This document shows positions 9,991 through 19,683 of a stretch of 64,000 nucleotides of DNA, one piece after another (position 1 is the stretch's first letter; each line of letters begins with the position of its first letter). The translations under genes and the position numbers were made by a program. The notes beneath the pieces were generated by a model that saw only the letters and a list, made by a program, of their open reading frames with translations, did no database searches and had not been told where the DNA came from. Origin of the DNA: an uncultured Candidatus Rokubacteria bacterium (GTDB taxonomy: Bacteria > Methylomirabilota > Methylomirabilia > Rokubacteriales > DASRDR01); NCBI GenBank assembly GCA_963708025.1, contig CAVPSB010000018.1, positions 416,001 to 480,000 of the forward strand, written 5' to 3'.

Positions 9991-10092
9991 ACCAGGTCCC
10001 GATCATCATCGCCAGCCACGTCGTGATCGCGACGCGACTCTCGCGGAGCCGCCGGGACGCGGCTCGGCCGTTCTGAGAGGGTGTGAAGCAAT

Positions 10093-10224
10093 GGGTCCTC
10101 CGGCTCCCCCCTCCCCCCGGTGCCCGCCGGAGGGACGGGACGTCGCGAGGGCCGTAGGCCCGAGCCGTCCCGGCGATCCGGTCAATCGGGAGGGGGGTTG
10201 GGGGGGTGGGCGGGAGGTCCCGAA
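10093..10224 (+). repeat. Palindromic repeat family A copy
   Basis: Near-identical to 6167-6294; lies between convergent genes. Confidence 0.8.
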
Positions 10225-10252
10225 CTGACAACATCGCGATTCGGCGCCGGCG

Positions 10253-10981
10253 TCACGGACGTTCCCGATAGTCCCCGCGCCGGCCGGCGGTCCAGAGCTG
10301 CGCCAGCTCGACGAGCATGCCGAGCGAGTCGGTAACGAGCCGAAGGTGGGTCTGGGGGTCGTTCCGCCACACGATGGGCACCTCGATCACCCGGTAGCCG
10401 AGGCGCCGGGCCAGCCACAGGACCTCGACGTCGAACGCGTAGCCGTCCAGCCGCTGGCGCGCGAACAGAGCCGTCGCCGCCGGCCGGCGGAACGCCTTGA
10501 AGCCGCACTGGCTGTCGTGGATCCCGGGCAGGAAGCAGAGCGACACGAGCCGGCTGAAGCCGCGGCCCGCGAGATCGCGCAGCCAGGGTTGGCGCACCTG
10601 GACATCGGACCCATCGAGACGGCGGGAGCCGATGGCGACGTCGTACCCCTCGGCCAGCCCGGCACGGAGCTTGGCGATCTCCTCGAGCGGTGCCGAAAGG
10701 TCGGCGTCGGTGACCACCACCTCGTCCTCGCGCGCCGCCAGCACCCCGCGTCGCACGCTCGCACCTTTGCCCCGGTTGACGCCGCCCCGCAGCACGGAGA
10801 CCCGGAGGGGGCCGCGCGCCATCTCGGCCGCGATCTCGGCGGTGCCGTCCGTGCTGCCGTCGTCGACGACGATGACCTCGGAGGAATCGCCGAGCGTGGC
10901 GACATAGTCCAGGACGCGCGGCAGGGTGGTGCCGAGCCGGCGCGCCTCGTTGTAGGCGGGGATGACGATGGAAAGGCCCAC
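10253..10981 (-). CDS. GT2 polyprenyl-phosphate glycosyltransferase (dolichyl-P beta-glucosyltransferase-like)
   Basis: SIVIPAYNE, VVDDGSTD, NRGKG, DAD, DSQCGFKAF. Confidence 0.9.
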   Translation of the reverse strand: MGLSIVIPAYNEARRLGTTLPRVLDYVATLGDSSEVIVVDDGSTDGTAEIAAEMARGPLRVSVLRGGVNRGKGASVRRGVLAAREDEVVVTDADLSAPLEEIAKLRAGLAEGYDVAIGSRRLDGSDVQVRQPWLRDLAGRGFSRLVSLCFLPGIHDSQCGFKAFRRPAATALFARQRLDGYAFDVEVLWLARRLGYRVIEVPIVWRNDPQTHLRLVTDSLGMLVELAQLWTAGRRGDYRERP

Positions 10982-11126
10982 CGGCGGCTACCCGGCTGAG
11001 GGGCGGGGCGGCGTCCTAGCCTTCGGTCAGGTCGATGACGGGGAGATCCTCGACCGGGGCGCCCATGGTGCCCGAGTATAGGAAGGGGGTCTGCCGGGGG
11101 TCAAGGCGGAAGGCTACAATACCTGC

Positions 11127-12464
11127 GTGGGCCTCTCGACCGGCTTCGGCCTGCTGGCCGTCGTCGCGCTGGTGGTGCTGAACGGGTTCTTCGTGGCCAC
11201 GGAGTTCGCGATCGTGGCCGTGCGGCGCTCCCGGCTCGAGCAGCTCGCCGCCCAGGGGGACGCGTCAGCCCAGCGCGCCCGGGAGGTCGTGCAGCACCTG
11301 GACGCCTACATCGCCGCCTGTCAGCTCGGCATCACGATGGCTTCGCTGGCGCTGGGATGGATCGGCGAGCCGGCCCTGGCCGGCCTGGTCGCGGCTCCGC
11401 TGGAGCGGCTCCTCGGCCGCTTCGGGCCCGCCGCCTCGCACGCGGTCGCCATCGGCGTCGCCTTCGCGGCCATCACCGCGCTCCACATCGTTGTCGGCGA
11501 GCTGGCCCCGAAGGGTCTGGCCCTCCAGCGCCCGGAGGCGACCGCCCTGTGGGTCGCCCGGCCGATCCAGCTCTTCTACGTCCTCTTCCGCTGGCCGATC
11601 ACCGCCCTCAACATCGTCGGAAACGCGGTGCTGGGGCTGGTCGGCCTGCGGCCCGCCGCCGGCCACGAGATGGTTCACACCGTGCAGGAGCTGGATCTCC
11701 TGCTGAGGGCCAGCCAGCGGGCGGGCATGGTGGAGGAATCGGAGGCGCGCATCGCGAGCCGGGCGTTCGAGTTCGCCGACCTGACGGCCGGTGCCCTCAT
11801 GACGCCGCGCACCGAGCTGGAGGCAGTGCCGGTGACCATCGGGCTGGAGGAGCTGCTGGAGGCGGTCGCCTCGGGGCGGCACACCCGGGTCCTGGCCTAC
11901 GAGGGCTCGATCGACAACATCCTCGGCGCGCTCCCCGTGCGCGATCTCATCGGGGTGGCCCGGCGCCCGCCCGAGAGGTTCGACCTCCGCGCGCTGCTCC
12001 GCCCGGTGCTCACCGTGCCGGAGAGCCGCCGGGCGGACGACCTCCTCGAGGACATGCGCGCGGCCGGCTGCGACCTGGCCGTGGTCGTGGACGAGTACGG
12101 GGGCACCGCGGGGCTCGTCACCTTGAGAGATCTGCTCCGCGCGCTGGTCGGCCGGATCGACGAGGCGGTGGCCGGGCGGACCAGCCCGGAATCCGGCCTG
12201 CTTCGGCCGGCCCCGGACGGGTCGGTGATGCTGGACGGGCTGACGCGGATCCACGAGCTGGAGGAGCTGATCGGCCAGGACCTCGACGAGGCCGAGACGG
12301 GCGGTGCCGACACGCTCGGCGGCCTGATCATGGCGCGCCTCGACCGGCTCCCCCAGGTCTCGGACGAGGTCACCGTCGCCGGGCGCCGCCTCCGGGTGGA
12401 GGCGCTGCACGGCCGGCGGGTCGGGCTGGCCCGGCTGCTCCCCGGGCCGGCGACCTCGCGGTAG
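11127..12464 (+). CDS. Hemolysin family (CNNM/CBS/CorC-HlyC) membrane protein
   Basis: NGFFVATEFAIV, CQLGIT, GELAPK, MTPR, VDEYGGTAGLVT, TLGG. Confidence 0.92.
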   Translation: MGLSTGFGLLAVVALVVLNGFFVATEFAIVAVRRSRLEQLAAQGDASAQRAREVVQHLDAYIAACQLGITMASLALGWIGEPALAGLVAAPLERLLGRFGPAASHAVAIGVAFAAITALHIVVGELAPKGLALQRPEATALWVARPIQLFYVLFRWPITALNIVGNAVLGLVGLRPAAGHEMVHTVQELDLLLRASQRAGMVEESEARIASRAFEFADLTAGALMTPRTELEAVPVTIGLEELLEAVASGRHTRVLAYEGSIDNILGALPVRDLIGVARRPPERFDLRALLRPVLTVPESRRADDLLEDMRAAGCDLAVVVDEYGGTAGLVTLRDLLRALVGRIDEAVAGRTSPESGLLRPAPDGSVMLDGLTRIHELEELIGQDLDEAETGGADTLGGLIMARLDRLPQVSDEVTVAGRRLRVEALHGRRVGLARLLPGPATSR

Positions 12465-12494
12465 CGCCGGAGCCTGGCCGGGTCGCCGCGCGGA

Positions 12495-13239
12495 TCATGG
12501 CGCCGCCTCGTCCTCGCGCCGAGCCTCGACCACCGGACTCGCCACGCGAAGCCAGGCCAAGATCCGGCCCCGGAGGAGATAGAGCGGCAGGGCGACGATG
12601 GCGACCGCCGCTGTCAGCACGGCCAGCTCGGCGTAGTGCCCGCTGGCCGTCTTCGCGCCCTGCACCGAGAGCACCCAGGTCCCCGGGATGCGACCGACGG
12701 TCGAACAGCGCGGCGAAGACCCAGAAGGAGATCGGAGACACGCCGAACAGGTAGGAGACGATGTCCTTCGGGAAGCCCGGGAGGGCATAGATGACGAGGC
12801 ACAGGATCGCGCCTTCGGTCCTGGCCAGGAACCCGACGCGGGCCCACGTCCGGGACGAGACGACCCGGCGGACGAACGGCGAGCCCAGCCAGCGCCCGAT
12901 GCCGAAGGCCGCCAGGGTCCCGATCGTCAGGCCGATCGTGGAGTACACGAAGCCCAGCGCCTCGGCGAACAGGTAGCCGCCGAGAAAGCCGATGACCTCG
13001 CCGGGGATGGGCGAGATCATGACCTGAAGCGCCTGGATGCCGATGAAGATGAGAGGGGCCCAGATCCCCGACCGCTGGAGGCAGTCCTCCAGGAAATCGC
13101 GGTCCCGGTAGAGCTCCACCACGAGGGCGAAGACCGGGCGGCCGGCGGTGGCCAGCCACCAGCCGAGGCCGACGAGCGCCAGGAGGCAGGCCGCCCCCAG
13201 CCAGGCGGTCCTAGCGGGCGGGGCCGATGAGCGTCGCAA
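12495..13239 (-). CDS. TVP38/TMEM64 (VTT domain) membrane protein, frameshifted ~12700
   Basis: IQALQVMISPIPGE, PGFPKD; C-terminus GRIPGTWVL... continues in another frame. Confidence 0.75.
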
Positions 13240-13503
13240 CGTTCATCTCGGTCGGGACGCGCTCGGCCTGCGTCGATCGGACGGCCTTCGGCCTGGGGGC
13301 GTCCGTCCCGACCTCTGGTCGTCGTTCGGACGGCCTTCGGCCTTTGGGGTCGTCGCCGATCCTCGGCGTACTCGGAGTACGCCTGCGGTCGGCGACTCCC
13401 TGCGTCCATTGGACGGCCTTCGGACTGTGGCGGACGGCCTTCGGCCTGTGGGCGCTGCTCGCTCCTCGGCCCCGCCCCGAGAAGTTGACTGATCGGCCAT
13501 GAC
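13211..13503 (-). repeat. Palindromic repeat family B copy with four internal GGCCGAAGGCCGTCC-like units
   Basis: Both ends match 15956-16067 in opposite orientation; terminal inverted arms GGGCGGGGCCGA...TCGGCCCCGCCC. Confidence 0.75.
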
Positions 13504-13569
13504 TGTGGCGGTTGTCTAGCACGCGTGGGCGGGGTCTGGCAAGAGCGGGTCGCCGGAGCCGGCGCCCCG

Positions 13570-13836
13570 TCAGTCGTTGATCCAGGACTCCGCGAGCGGG
13601 ATCTCGGGCGCTGGGCGGCGCGCGGGCTGGGGGTCACCGGCCGCTCCGGCGCTCGGCGCCAGCCTCAGCAGCTCGGCCACCTCGTCCCGCCGGTAGAGGC
13701 GCTGCCGCTTGATGCCCTGGCGGTAGCTTCTCAGGATGCCCCGGCTGACGTAGGCATAGAGGGTCGCGGGCTTGATCCCGAGGAGGCCAGCCGCCTCCTC
13801 CACCGTCAGGTACGCCTCGCCGTCCAGGATGACCAT
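13570..13836 (-). CDS. Stand-alone excisionase/MerR-like HTH protein
   Basis: YLTVEEAAGLLGIKPATLYAYVSRG, typical of the HTH found on citrate synthase-like regulators. Confidence 0.8.
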   Translation of the reverse strand: MVILDGEAYLTVEEAAGLLGIKPATLYAYVSRGILRSYRQGIKRQRLYRRDEVAELLRLAPSAGAAGDPQPARRPAPEIPLAESWIND

Positions 13837-13973
13837 CCCGTTTTCCCCCGTTCTCCTGCGAGGTTACATGGACACGCGGCCGCTGTCCAGTCGAGATCTG
13901 TCGTGTCGAGTCAAATCAAGTATAATCAAGCCCAACACGGCCGAGGCGCTTCACCCTGGACCGGAGGACAGCG

Positions 13974-15368
13974 ATGGACACGGGATGGAAGGCCGGACTC
14001 GAGGACGTCATCGCGGCGCGCTCCGCCGTCTGCGCCATCGACGGCGAGGCCGGCCGCCTCTACTACCGCGGCTACGAGATCGGCGAGCTGGCCGGCGCGG
14101 TGAGCTTCGAGGAGGTCACCCACCTGCTCTGGTTCGGCGAGCTGCCACATCCGGACGAGGGCGAGGCGTTCGCCGGCCGCCTCCGCGCGGCGCGGGGACT
14201 GCCGGCGCCGGTCCTGGCGATGCTGGCGGGCCTGCCGCGCGACTGCCACCCGCTGGACGCCCTCCGGACGGCCGTCTCGCTGGCCGCCGCCTCCGATCCC
14301 GACGCCCGCGCCGGGGATCGGGAGGCCAATCTCCGCAAGGCGTGCCGCCTCATGGCCCTGGTGCCGGAGACGGTCGCGGCCTGGCACCGGATCCGGCGCG
14401 GCCTCGCCGCCGTCCCGGCGCGCGCGGACGGCGGCCACGCCGCCTCGTTCCTCCAGCTGCTGGAGGGCCGGGAGCCGGCGCCCGAGGTCGGCCGCGTGCT
14501 CGACGTCGTGCTCACGCTCCACGCCGACCACGAGTTCAACGCCTCCACGTTCGCTGCCCGGGTCGCCGTCGCGACCCTGGCCGATCTCCACGCCGCCGTC
14601 GTCTCGGCGATCGCCACGCTCAAGGGACCGCGCCACGGCGGGGCCAACGAGGACGTCCTCGAGATGCTGCAGGCGATCGGCGACCCGGCCCGGGCCGAGG
14701 CGTTCGTGGAAGCGCGGCTCCAGACGCGGGCGGGGATGTCGCGAGCCGAGCGCGCCGATCCCCGGGCGCGGGTCCCCGGGTTCGGCCACCGCGTCTACAA
14801 GGTGGACGACGCCCGGGCCCGGGTCCTTCGCGGCATGGCGAAGTCGATGGCCGAGGCGACCGGTCGCACGCGGCTCTTCGAGGTCGCCGAGCGCGTCTAC
14901 GAGGCGGTGAAGGCGCGGACCGGCCTCCCGGTCAACGTCAACTTCTTCTCGGCGGTGGTCTACGACGCCCTCGGCATCCCGGCCGACTTCTGCACGTCGA
15001 TCTTCGCGACCGGGCGGATCGCCGGCTGGTGCGCGCACACCCTGGAGCAGTACGCCGACAACCGCCTCATCCGGCCACGGGCCGAGTACGTCGGGGTCGC
15101 GCCGCGCCCGGTCCCGGCCCGTCCGAGTCCTGAAGACCACGCCTACGAGTGGCGAAAGCGCGGCGCCTCCTTGGCGAAGAAGGCGCGGACGCCTTCGCGG
15201 CAATCGTCGGTCCGGAACACGGCCTCGCTCAGCCGGAGCGTGCGGGCCAGGGCCTCGTCCTCGGCGGCGTCGAGACCGAGGTCGATCGCCTGCTTGCAGA
15301 GCTCGAGCGCCCGGGCCGGGCGGGTGGCCAGCACCGCGGCCAGCTCCCGGGCCGTGGTGAGCGCCTGA
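13974..15368 (+). CDS. Citrate synthase/methylcitrate synthase family protein
   Basis: LYYRGY, HADHEFNAST, HGGAN, GFGHRVY, LIRPR; NVDF reads NVNF; ORF overruns into the convergent gene. Confidence 0.88.
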   Translation: MDTGWKAGLEDVIAARSAVCAIDGEAGRLYYRGYEIGELAGAVSFEEVTHLLWFGELPHPDEGEAFAGRLRAARGLPAPVLAMLAGLPRDCHPLDALRTAVSLAAASDPDARAGDREANLRKACRLMALVPETVAAWHRIRRGLAAVPARADGGHAASFLQLLEGREPAPEVGRVLDVVLTLHADHEFNASTFAARVAVATLADLHAAVVSAIATLKGPRHGGANEDVLEMLQAIGDPARAEAFVEARLQTRAGMSRAERADPRARVPGFGHRVYKVDDARARVLRGMAKSMAEATGRTRLFEVAERVYEAVKARTGLPVNVNFFSAVVYDALGIPADFCTSIFATGRIAGWCAHTLEQYADNRLIRPRAEYVGVAPRPVPARPSPEDHAYEWRKRGASLAKKARTPSRQSSVRNTASLSRSVRARASSSAASRPRSIACLQSSSARAGRVASTAASSRAVVSA

Positions 15369-15922
15369 CCGGCGGGGACCACCCGGTTCACCAGCCCCCA
15401 GCCGCGCGCCGTCTGCGCATCGATCGGCTCGCCGAAGAAGGCCAGCTCCTTGGCCCGCCCCTCCCCGACGCGCCGGGGTACCCGCACGGTGCCGCCGGTG
15501 CCGGGAAAGACGCCGAGCTTGATCTCCGGCAGGGCCAGCCGGACGTCGGCGCCGGCGATCAGCAGGTCGCAGCAGACGGCCAGCTCCAGCCCGCCGCCGA
15601 AGGCGAGGCCGTTCAGCGCGGCGATCGTGGGCCGGGGGAAGCCGTCGAGGCGGCTCCAGGCCGCGTTCTCCAGCGCGAGCTTGCGGCCGACCACGTCGTC
15701 GGCCACCGAGGGAAACTCCGCGATGTCCGAGCCGGCGCAGAAGGCACGCGTCCCGGATCCGGTGACGATCAGGACGCGGACCTTGGAATCGGCGGCCAGC
15801 CGGCCGAGCGTCTCGTGGAGGCGCCGGGTGAGCTCCAGGGTGACCAGGTTCAGCGGCGGGTTGTCCAGGGTCAGCTCGGCGATGCCCCCAGCGACATCGA
15901 GACGGACGAGGTCCGGCGTCAC
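15143..15922 (-). CDS. Enoyl-CoA hydratase/isomerase
   Basis: AFCAGSDI, PTIAALNGLAFGGGLEL, LPEIKLG. Confidence 0.92.
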   Translation of the reverse strand: MTPDLVRLDVAGGIAELTLDNPPLNLVTLELTRRLHETLGRLAADSKVRVLIVTGSGTRAFCAGSDIAEFPSVADDVVGRKLALENAAWSRLDGFPRPTIAALNGLAFGGGLELAVCCDLLIAGADVRLALPEIKLGVFPGTGGTVRVPRRVGEGRAKELAFFGEPIDAQTARGWGLVNRVVPAGQALTTARELAAVLATRPARALELCKQAIDLGLDAAEDEALARTLRLSEAVFRTDDCREGVRAFFAKEAPRFRHS

Positions 15923-15955
15923 GCTCAGGCCTCCTTCTCTTCTTGAAGCGCCAAA

Positions 15956-16067
15956 GTCATGACAGATGAGTCAACTTCCCGGGCGGGGTCGAGGAGCGAG
16001 CAGTGCCCCCAGGCCGAAGGCCGTCCGAACGACGACGCGCTGCGACGCTCATCGCCCCGCCCGTTAG
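15956..16067 (+). repeat. Palindromic repeat family B copy (short)
   Basis: GTCAACTTCCCGGGCGGGGTCGAGGAGCGAGCAG...GGCCGAAGGCCGTCCGAACGACG...CGACGCTCATCGCCCCGCCCG. Confidence 0.75.
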
Positions 16068-17008
16068 CCCTTCAAGCCGCTCATGATTACTCCCCGCACG
16101 ATCCAGCGCTGGAGCGTGAGGAAGATCACCAGGATCGGCAGGATGCTCAGCACGGCGGCGGCGGTGGCCAGGTGGTACTCGATGAAGTACATGTTGGTGA
16201 AGCTCATCAGCCCGATGGTCACCACCCGCATGGTCGGCGAGTTGACGACGATCAGCGGCCAGAAGAACTCGTTCCACGTCCACATGAACTTGATGATGAC
16301 CAGCGTGGCCAGCGCCGGCTTCACCGTGGGCAGGATCACCCGCCAGAAGATGCCGAGCTCGCCGCAGCCGTCGATGCGGGCGGCGTCGATGTAGTCGCTC
16401 GGCACCACCTCGATGGACTGCCGCATCAGGAAGACGCCGAACACGCTCACCAGATCCGGGGCCAGGATGCCGAGGTAGGTGTCGAGCAGCCCGAGGCGGT
16501 TCACCCACAGGTAGAGCGGCACCACCACCGACTGGAACGGCACCATCAGGATCCCGATCACGGCGAAGAACAGGACGTCCCGGCCCGGGAAGCGGAACTT
16601 CGCGAAGCCGTAGCCGGCCAGCGCCGAGAAGACGAGGCTGGAAACGGCCGAGATGGAGGCCACCAGCGCGCTGTTCAGGAGGAACCGGCCGAACGGCTGG
16701 CGCTGGAAGACCTCCCGGTAGTTGTCGAGGTGGCCCCACCGGTCGGGAAGGATCTGGAGGGGAAGGCGCTGGATCTCCGGCGCGGTCTTCAGCGAGGTGA
16801 CCGCCATCCAGAAGAAGGGGAAGAAGACGGCCAGAGCCCCGGCGGCCACCAGCAGGACGGCGAGCCACCGGCCGGCCGCGGCCGGAACGACACGCGTCCG
16901 CACCTTCGCGGGCACCAGCAGCCGATCGGAAGAAACGCCGGTGCCGGCTTCAGCAGGCAGCGCAGCGCTCCGAGCGCCGGCTTCGCCGGCGCAACGGCGG
17001 GGGGGCAT
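16064..17008 (-). CDS. Carbohydrate ABC transporter permease (MalG-like)
   Basis: DAARIDG EAA loop, WNEFFWPL. Confidence 0.9.
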   Translation of the reverse strand: MPPRRCAGEAGARSAALPAEAGTGVSSDRLLVPAKVRTRVVPAAAGRWLAVLLVAAGALAVFFPFFWMAVTSLKTAPEIQRLPLQILPDRWGHLDNYREVFQRQPFGRFLLNSALVASISAVSSLVFSALAGYGFAKFRFPGRDVLFFAVIGILMVPFQSVVVPLYLWVNRLGLLDTYLGILAPDLVSVFGVFLMRQSIEVVPSDYIDAARIDGCGELGIFWRVILPTVKPALATLVIIKFMWTWNEFFWPLIVVNSPTMRVVTIGLMSFTNMYFIEYHLATAAAVLSILPILVIFLTLQRWIVRGVIMSGLKG

Positions 17009-17036
17009 CGGGGGGGTGTTCCGACACCCCCCCGAA
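16974..17036. repeat. Double-hairpin palindromic element (family C)
   Basis: GCGCCGGC-TTC-GCCGGCGC and TCGGGGGGGTGT-TCCG-ACACCCCCCCGA perfect stems. Confidence 0.7.
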
Positions 17037-17038
17037 GT

Positions 17039-17947
17039 CTAATATTCGATTGGCTTGCGGAAGAATCGCCATTGCAGGAGCGTCACCAGCAGGAGCGACA
17101 CGAAGACGAAGACCGCCATCACCGAGGCGTCGCCGAGCCGGAAGTACTTGAAGGCCGTGTCGTACAGCAGCATGATCACCGTCTGGCTGGCGCCGGCCGG
17201 TCCCCCCTGGGTGGTCGCGTAGACCTGGTCGAAGATCTTGAAGTTGAAGATCAGCTCCAGGATGCCCACCATCAGGATCTGCGGGTTCAGGAGCGGCAGC
17301 GTGACGTGGCGGAGCTTCTGCCACGCCCCGGCCCCATCGATCTCGGCCGCCTCGTAGTACTCGATCGGGATCGACTGGAGCGCGGCCAGGAAGATCATGG
17401 TGTCGAAGCCGAGGCGCACCCACACGCTCACCGCCGCCAGCGACGGGCGCACCTGGTCCAGGCTCTGGAGCCACTTCTGCGGGGGGAGGCCGACCAGCGC
17501 CAGCAGCCAGTTGAGGAAGCCGTACACCGGGTCGTAGATCCACTGCCAGACCAGCGCGGCCGCGACCAGGGAGACCGAGAACGGCAGGAAGTACATGGCG
17601 GCCCAGACGTTGCGCCACCGCCGGCTCCCGATCCGGTTCAAGGCCAGCGCGACGGCCAGCGCCAGGACCACGGTGGTGGGCACCGACATCACCACCAGGC
17701 TCAACGTGTTGCCGACGCTCCGCCAGAAGTCCGAGTCGGTGAGGACCTTCTCGTAGAGCCGGAGGCCCACGAAGCGGCTCTCGCCGCCGGGCACCGTGCG
17801 ATGGAAGGAGCCGATGACCGACTCGACGAGCGGGATCAGGAACACGAGCGCGAAGTAGAGCACGGCGGGCAGGACGAAGAGGAGGCCCGCCCGCCGCTGG
17901 CGGTCCATGTAGGACCGGGGGAACGCGAGCCGGACGAGGTTACTCAC
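17039..17947 (-). CDS. Carbohydrate ABC transporter permease (MalF-like)
   Basis: YYEAAEIDGA, FDQVYATTQGGP. Confidence 0.92.
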   Translation of the reverse strand: MSNLVRLAFPRSYMDRQRRAGLLFVLPAVLYFALVFLIPLVESVIGSFHRTVPGGESRFVGLRLYEKVLTDSDFWRSVGNTLSLVVMSVPTTVVLALAVALALNRIGSRRWRNVWAAMYFLPFSVSLVAAALVWQWIYDPVYGFLNWLLALVGLPPQKWLQSLDQVRPSLAAVSVWVRLGFDTMIFLAALQSIPIEYYEAAEIDGAGAWQKLRHVTLPLLNPQILMVGILELIFNFKIFDQVYATTQGGPAGASQTVIMLLYDTAFKYFRLGDASVMAVFVFVSLLLVTLLQWRFFRKPIEY

Positions 17948-18353
17948 CGGCAGAGGCCGGCCCGCGCCGCTGGACCAGACGGAAGGCGCCCAGCCCCAGC
18001 ACGGTCGCCGCCATCAGCGCGGCGGCGAAGAAGACCGGCGCCGCGGGGCTTCCGGAGCGGTCGCGAATGAGCCCGGCCAGAGGCTGGGTGACGGCCATGC
18101 CGAGATAGCCCATGAGGGCCAGCCCGACCACCACGACCCGCCGGTCGCCGAAGCGCCGGCCGAGGAGCCCGCCCGGCAGGGCGATGGCCGCGCCGGGCAG
18201 CAGGTAGAGCCCCAGGAGCCAGCCGAGCTGGGCGTAGCTCAGCCGGAACTCGTCGATCAGGAAGGGAGCGATCGAGGCGATCGACTGGAGCTGGAAGCCC
18301 ATCGACAGACGCGTGAGGAAGATGACAGCCAGCGCCGTCCAGCGACTCCTCAC
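17940..18353 (-). pseudogene. MFS transporter with in-frame internal deletion
   Basis: MFS TM1-3 including motif A GLLGRRFGDRR joined to last two TMs (PLAGLIRDRSG); only 137 aa. Confidence 0.7.
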
Positions 18354-18377
18354 GCGCCTGTCCGGGCGTGGACTCCG

Positions 18378-19643
18378 TCAGTCCTTCAGGATCTTGTCCA
18401 TCTTGGCGGCCGCCTCGTCGAGCAATGGCTTCGGCTGGCCCTTGCCGTAGAGGACGCCGACCACCGCCTCGCCGAACGCCGTGGCCAGCTCGTTCGACTT
18501 GGGGTGGAAGTAGGTCGGGGGCACCGGCTGCTTCAGCATCTCCTGGGTGGACTGGTAGTCCGGGCGCGACTTGACGTACGGCGTCTCGAGGTTCGCCGTC
18601 CAGACCGGCAGGAAGCCGGCGACCTGGTGCTGGTCCAGGTCGTCCTTGGCGTTGCTGATGAAGCGCATGAACTCCCAGACGACCTGCTTGTTCGGACTGT
18701 TCTTGTAGACGAGGTTGGTCCACGGGAAGAGGGCGCCGGCCCCCGGGCAGGCCTTCCCGCACGGCAGCGCCGCCACCTTGAAGCTCACGTCCGGCGCGTT
18801 CTTGCGCACCCAGCCGAAGAACCACGACTCCCGGAAGATCACCGCCGCCCGCTTCTGGCCGAACGCTTCCTCGGGGTTGCCGAGGGCGAGGCTGGCCACC
18901 TTGTGCTTGTTGACGAGGTCGCCGTAGAACTGGAGCGCGGCCACCATCTCCGGGCTGTTGGCGTAGCCGGTCGCCTTCTCCAGGTCGGGGGAGAGCATCC
19001 GGGCGCCGAAGGCGTGGGCGAAGGGCAGGAACTTGTCGGCGATCCCGACCGGGTGGCCCTTGTGACGGATGGCGAAGCCCACCTGGTTCGGCTCCACCGT
19101 GAGCTTCTTCATCGCGGCCAGCCAGTCGTCGAGCGTCTTGGGTGGCTTCTCGGGGTCGAGGCCCGCCTTCTTGAAGAGGTCGGCGTCGAGGTACATCTGC
19201 TGGAAGTTCCCGTGCTCCAGCGGGATGCCGTAGCGCGCGCCCTTCCACTTGCCGATGGGCACCATGTACTTCGGCAAGGCCTCGTCCCAGGTCTTCTCGA
19301 GGTCGGCCGGCATCTTGTCGCAGAAGTCGTACTGCCCGCACCACTGATGGGTCATCCCGTTGAAGAAGTCGGGGGCGCCGCTCTTGCCCATGAGCGCCGC
19401 CAGGTACTTCGCCTCGTACCCCTGGTACGGGATGATGACGACCTCGATCTCGACGCCGGTCTTCTTGGCGAACTCCTTGCCCTTGCTCTCGTACCACTTG
19501 TTGAAGTCGGGGTTCTGCTCCCAGTGCGTCCAGTACACGAGCTTCTTGGCCTGGCCCGATGCCCGGTCGGGGTTGACGGCGGCCATTGTCACGGCCACGG
19601 CCACGAGGAGGACGACGAGGGCTAGCCAGCGGGGCGGTCGCAT
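18378..19643 (-). CDS. Sugar ABC transporter substrate-binding protein
   Basis: AAGGAG RBS, signal peptide MRPPRWLALVV, family 1 SBP motifs (DLFKKAGLDPEKPPKT). Confidence 0.9.
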   Translation of the reverse strand: MRPPRWLALVVLLVAVAVTMAAVNPDRASGQAKKLVYWTHWEQNPDFNKWYESKGKEFAKKTGVEIEVVIIPYQGYEAKYLAALMGKSGAPDFFNGMTHQWCGQYDFCDKMPADLEKTWDEALPKYMVPIGKWKGARYGIPLEHGNFQQMYLDADLFKKAGLDPEKPPKTLDDWLAAMKKLTVEPNQVGFAIRHKGHPVGIADKFLPFAHAFGARMLSPDLEKATGYANSPEMVAALQFYGDLVNKHKVASLALGNPEEAFGQKRAAVIFRESWFFGWVRKNAPDVSFKVAALPCGKACPGAGALFPWTNLVYKNSPNKQVVWEFMRFISNAKDDLDQHQVAGFLPVWTANLETPYVKSRPDYQSTQEMLKQPVPPTYFHPKSNELATAFGEAVVGVLYGKGQPKPLLDEAAAKMDKILKD

Positions 19644-19683
19644 GCTGCGCTCCTTTCGGCGGAGATGAAGGGCGCCGGCCGAC

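Noticed and set aside
13280-13450. CRISPR-like repeat/spacer appearance
   Set aside because: Units are ~15 bp, spacing is irregular (20-84 bp) and no cas genes are present; better explained as a palindromic repeat element
15143-15368. Functional 226-bp convergent overlap of citrate synthase and enoyl-CoA hydratase
   Set aside because: Homology ends near 15100; the extension is antisense read-through in GC-rich DNA or a lost stop
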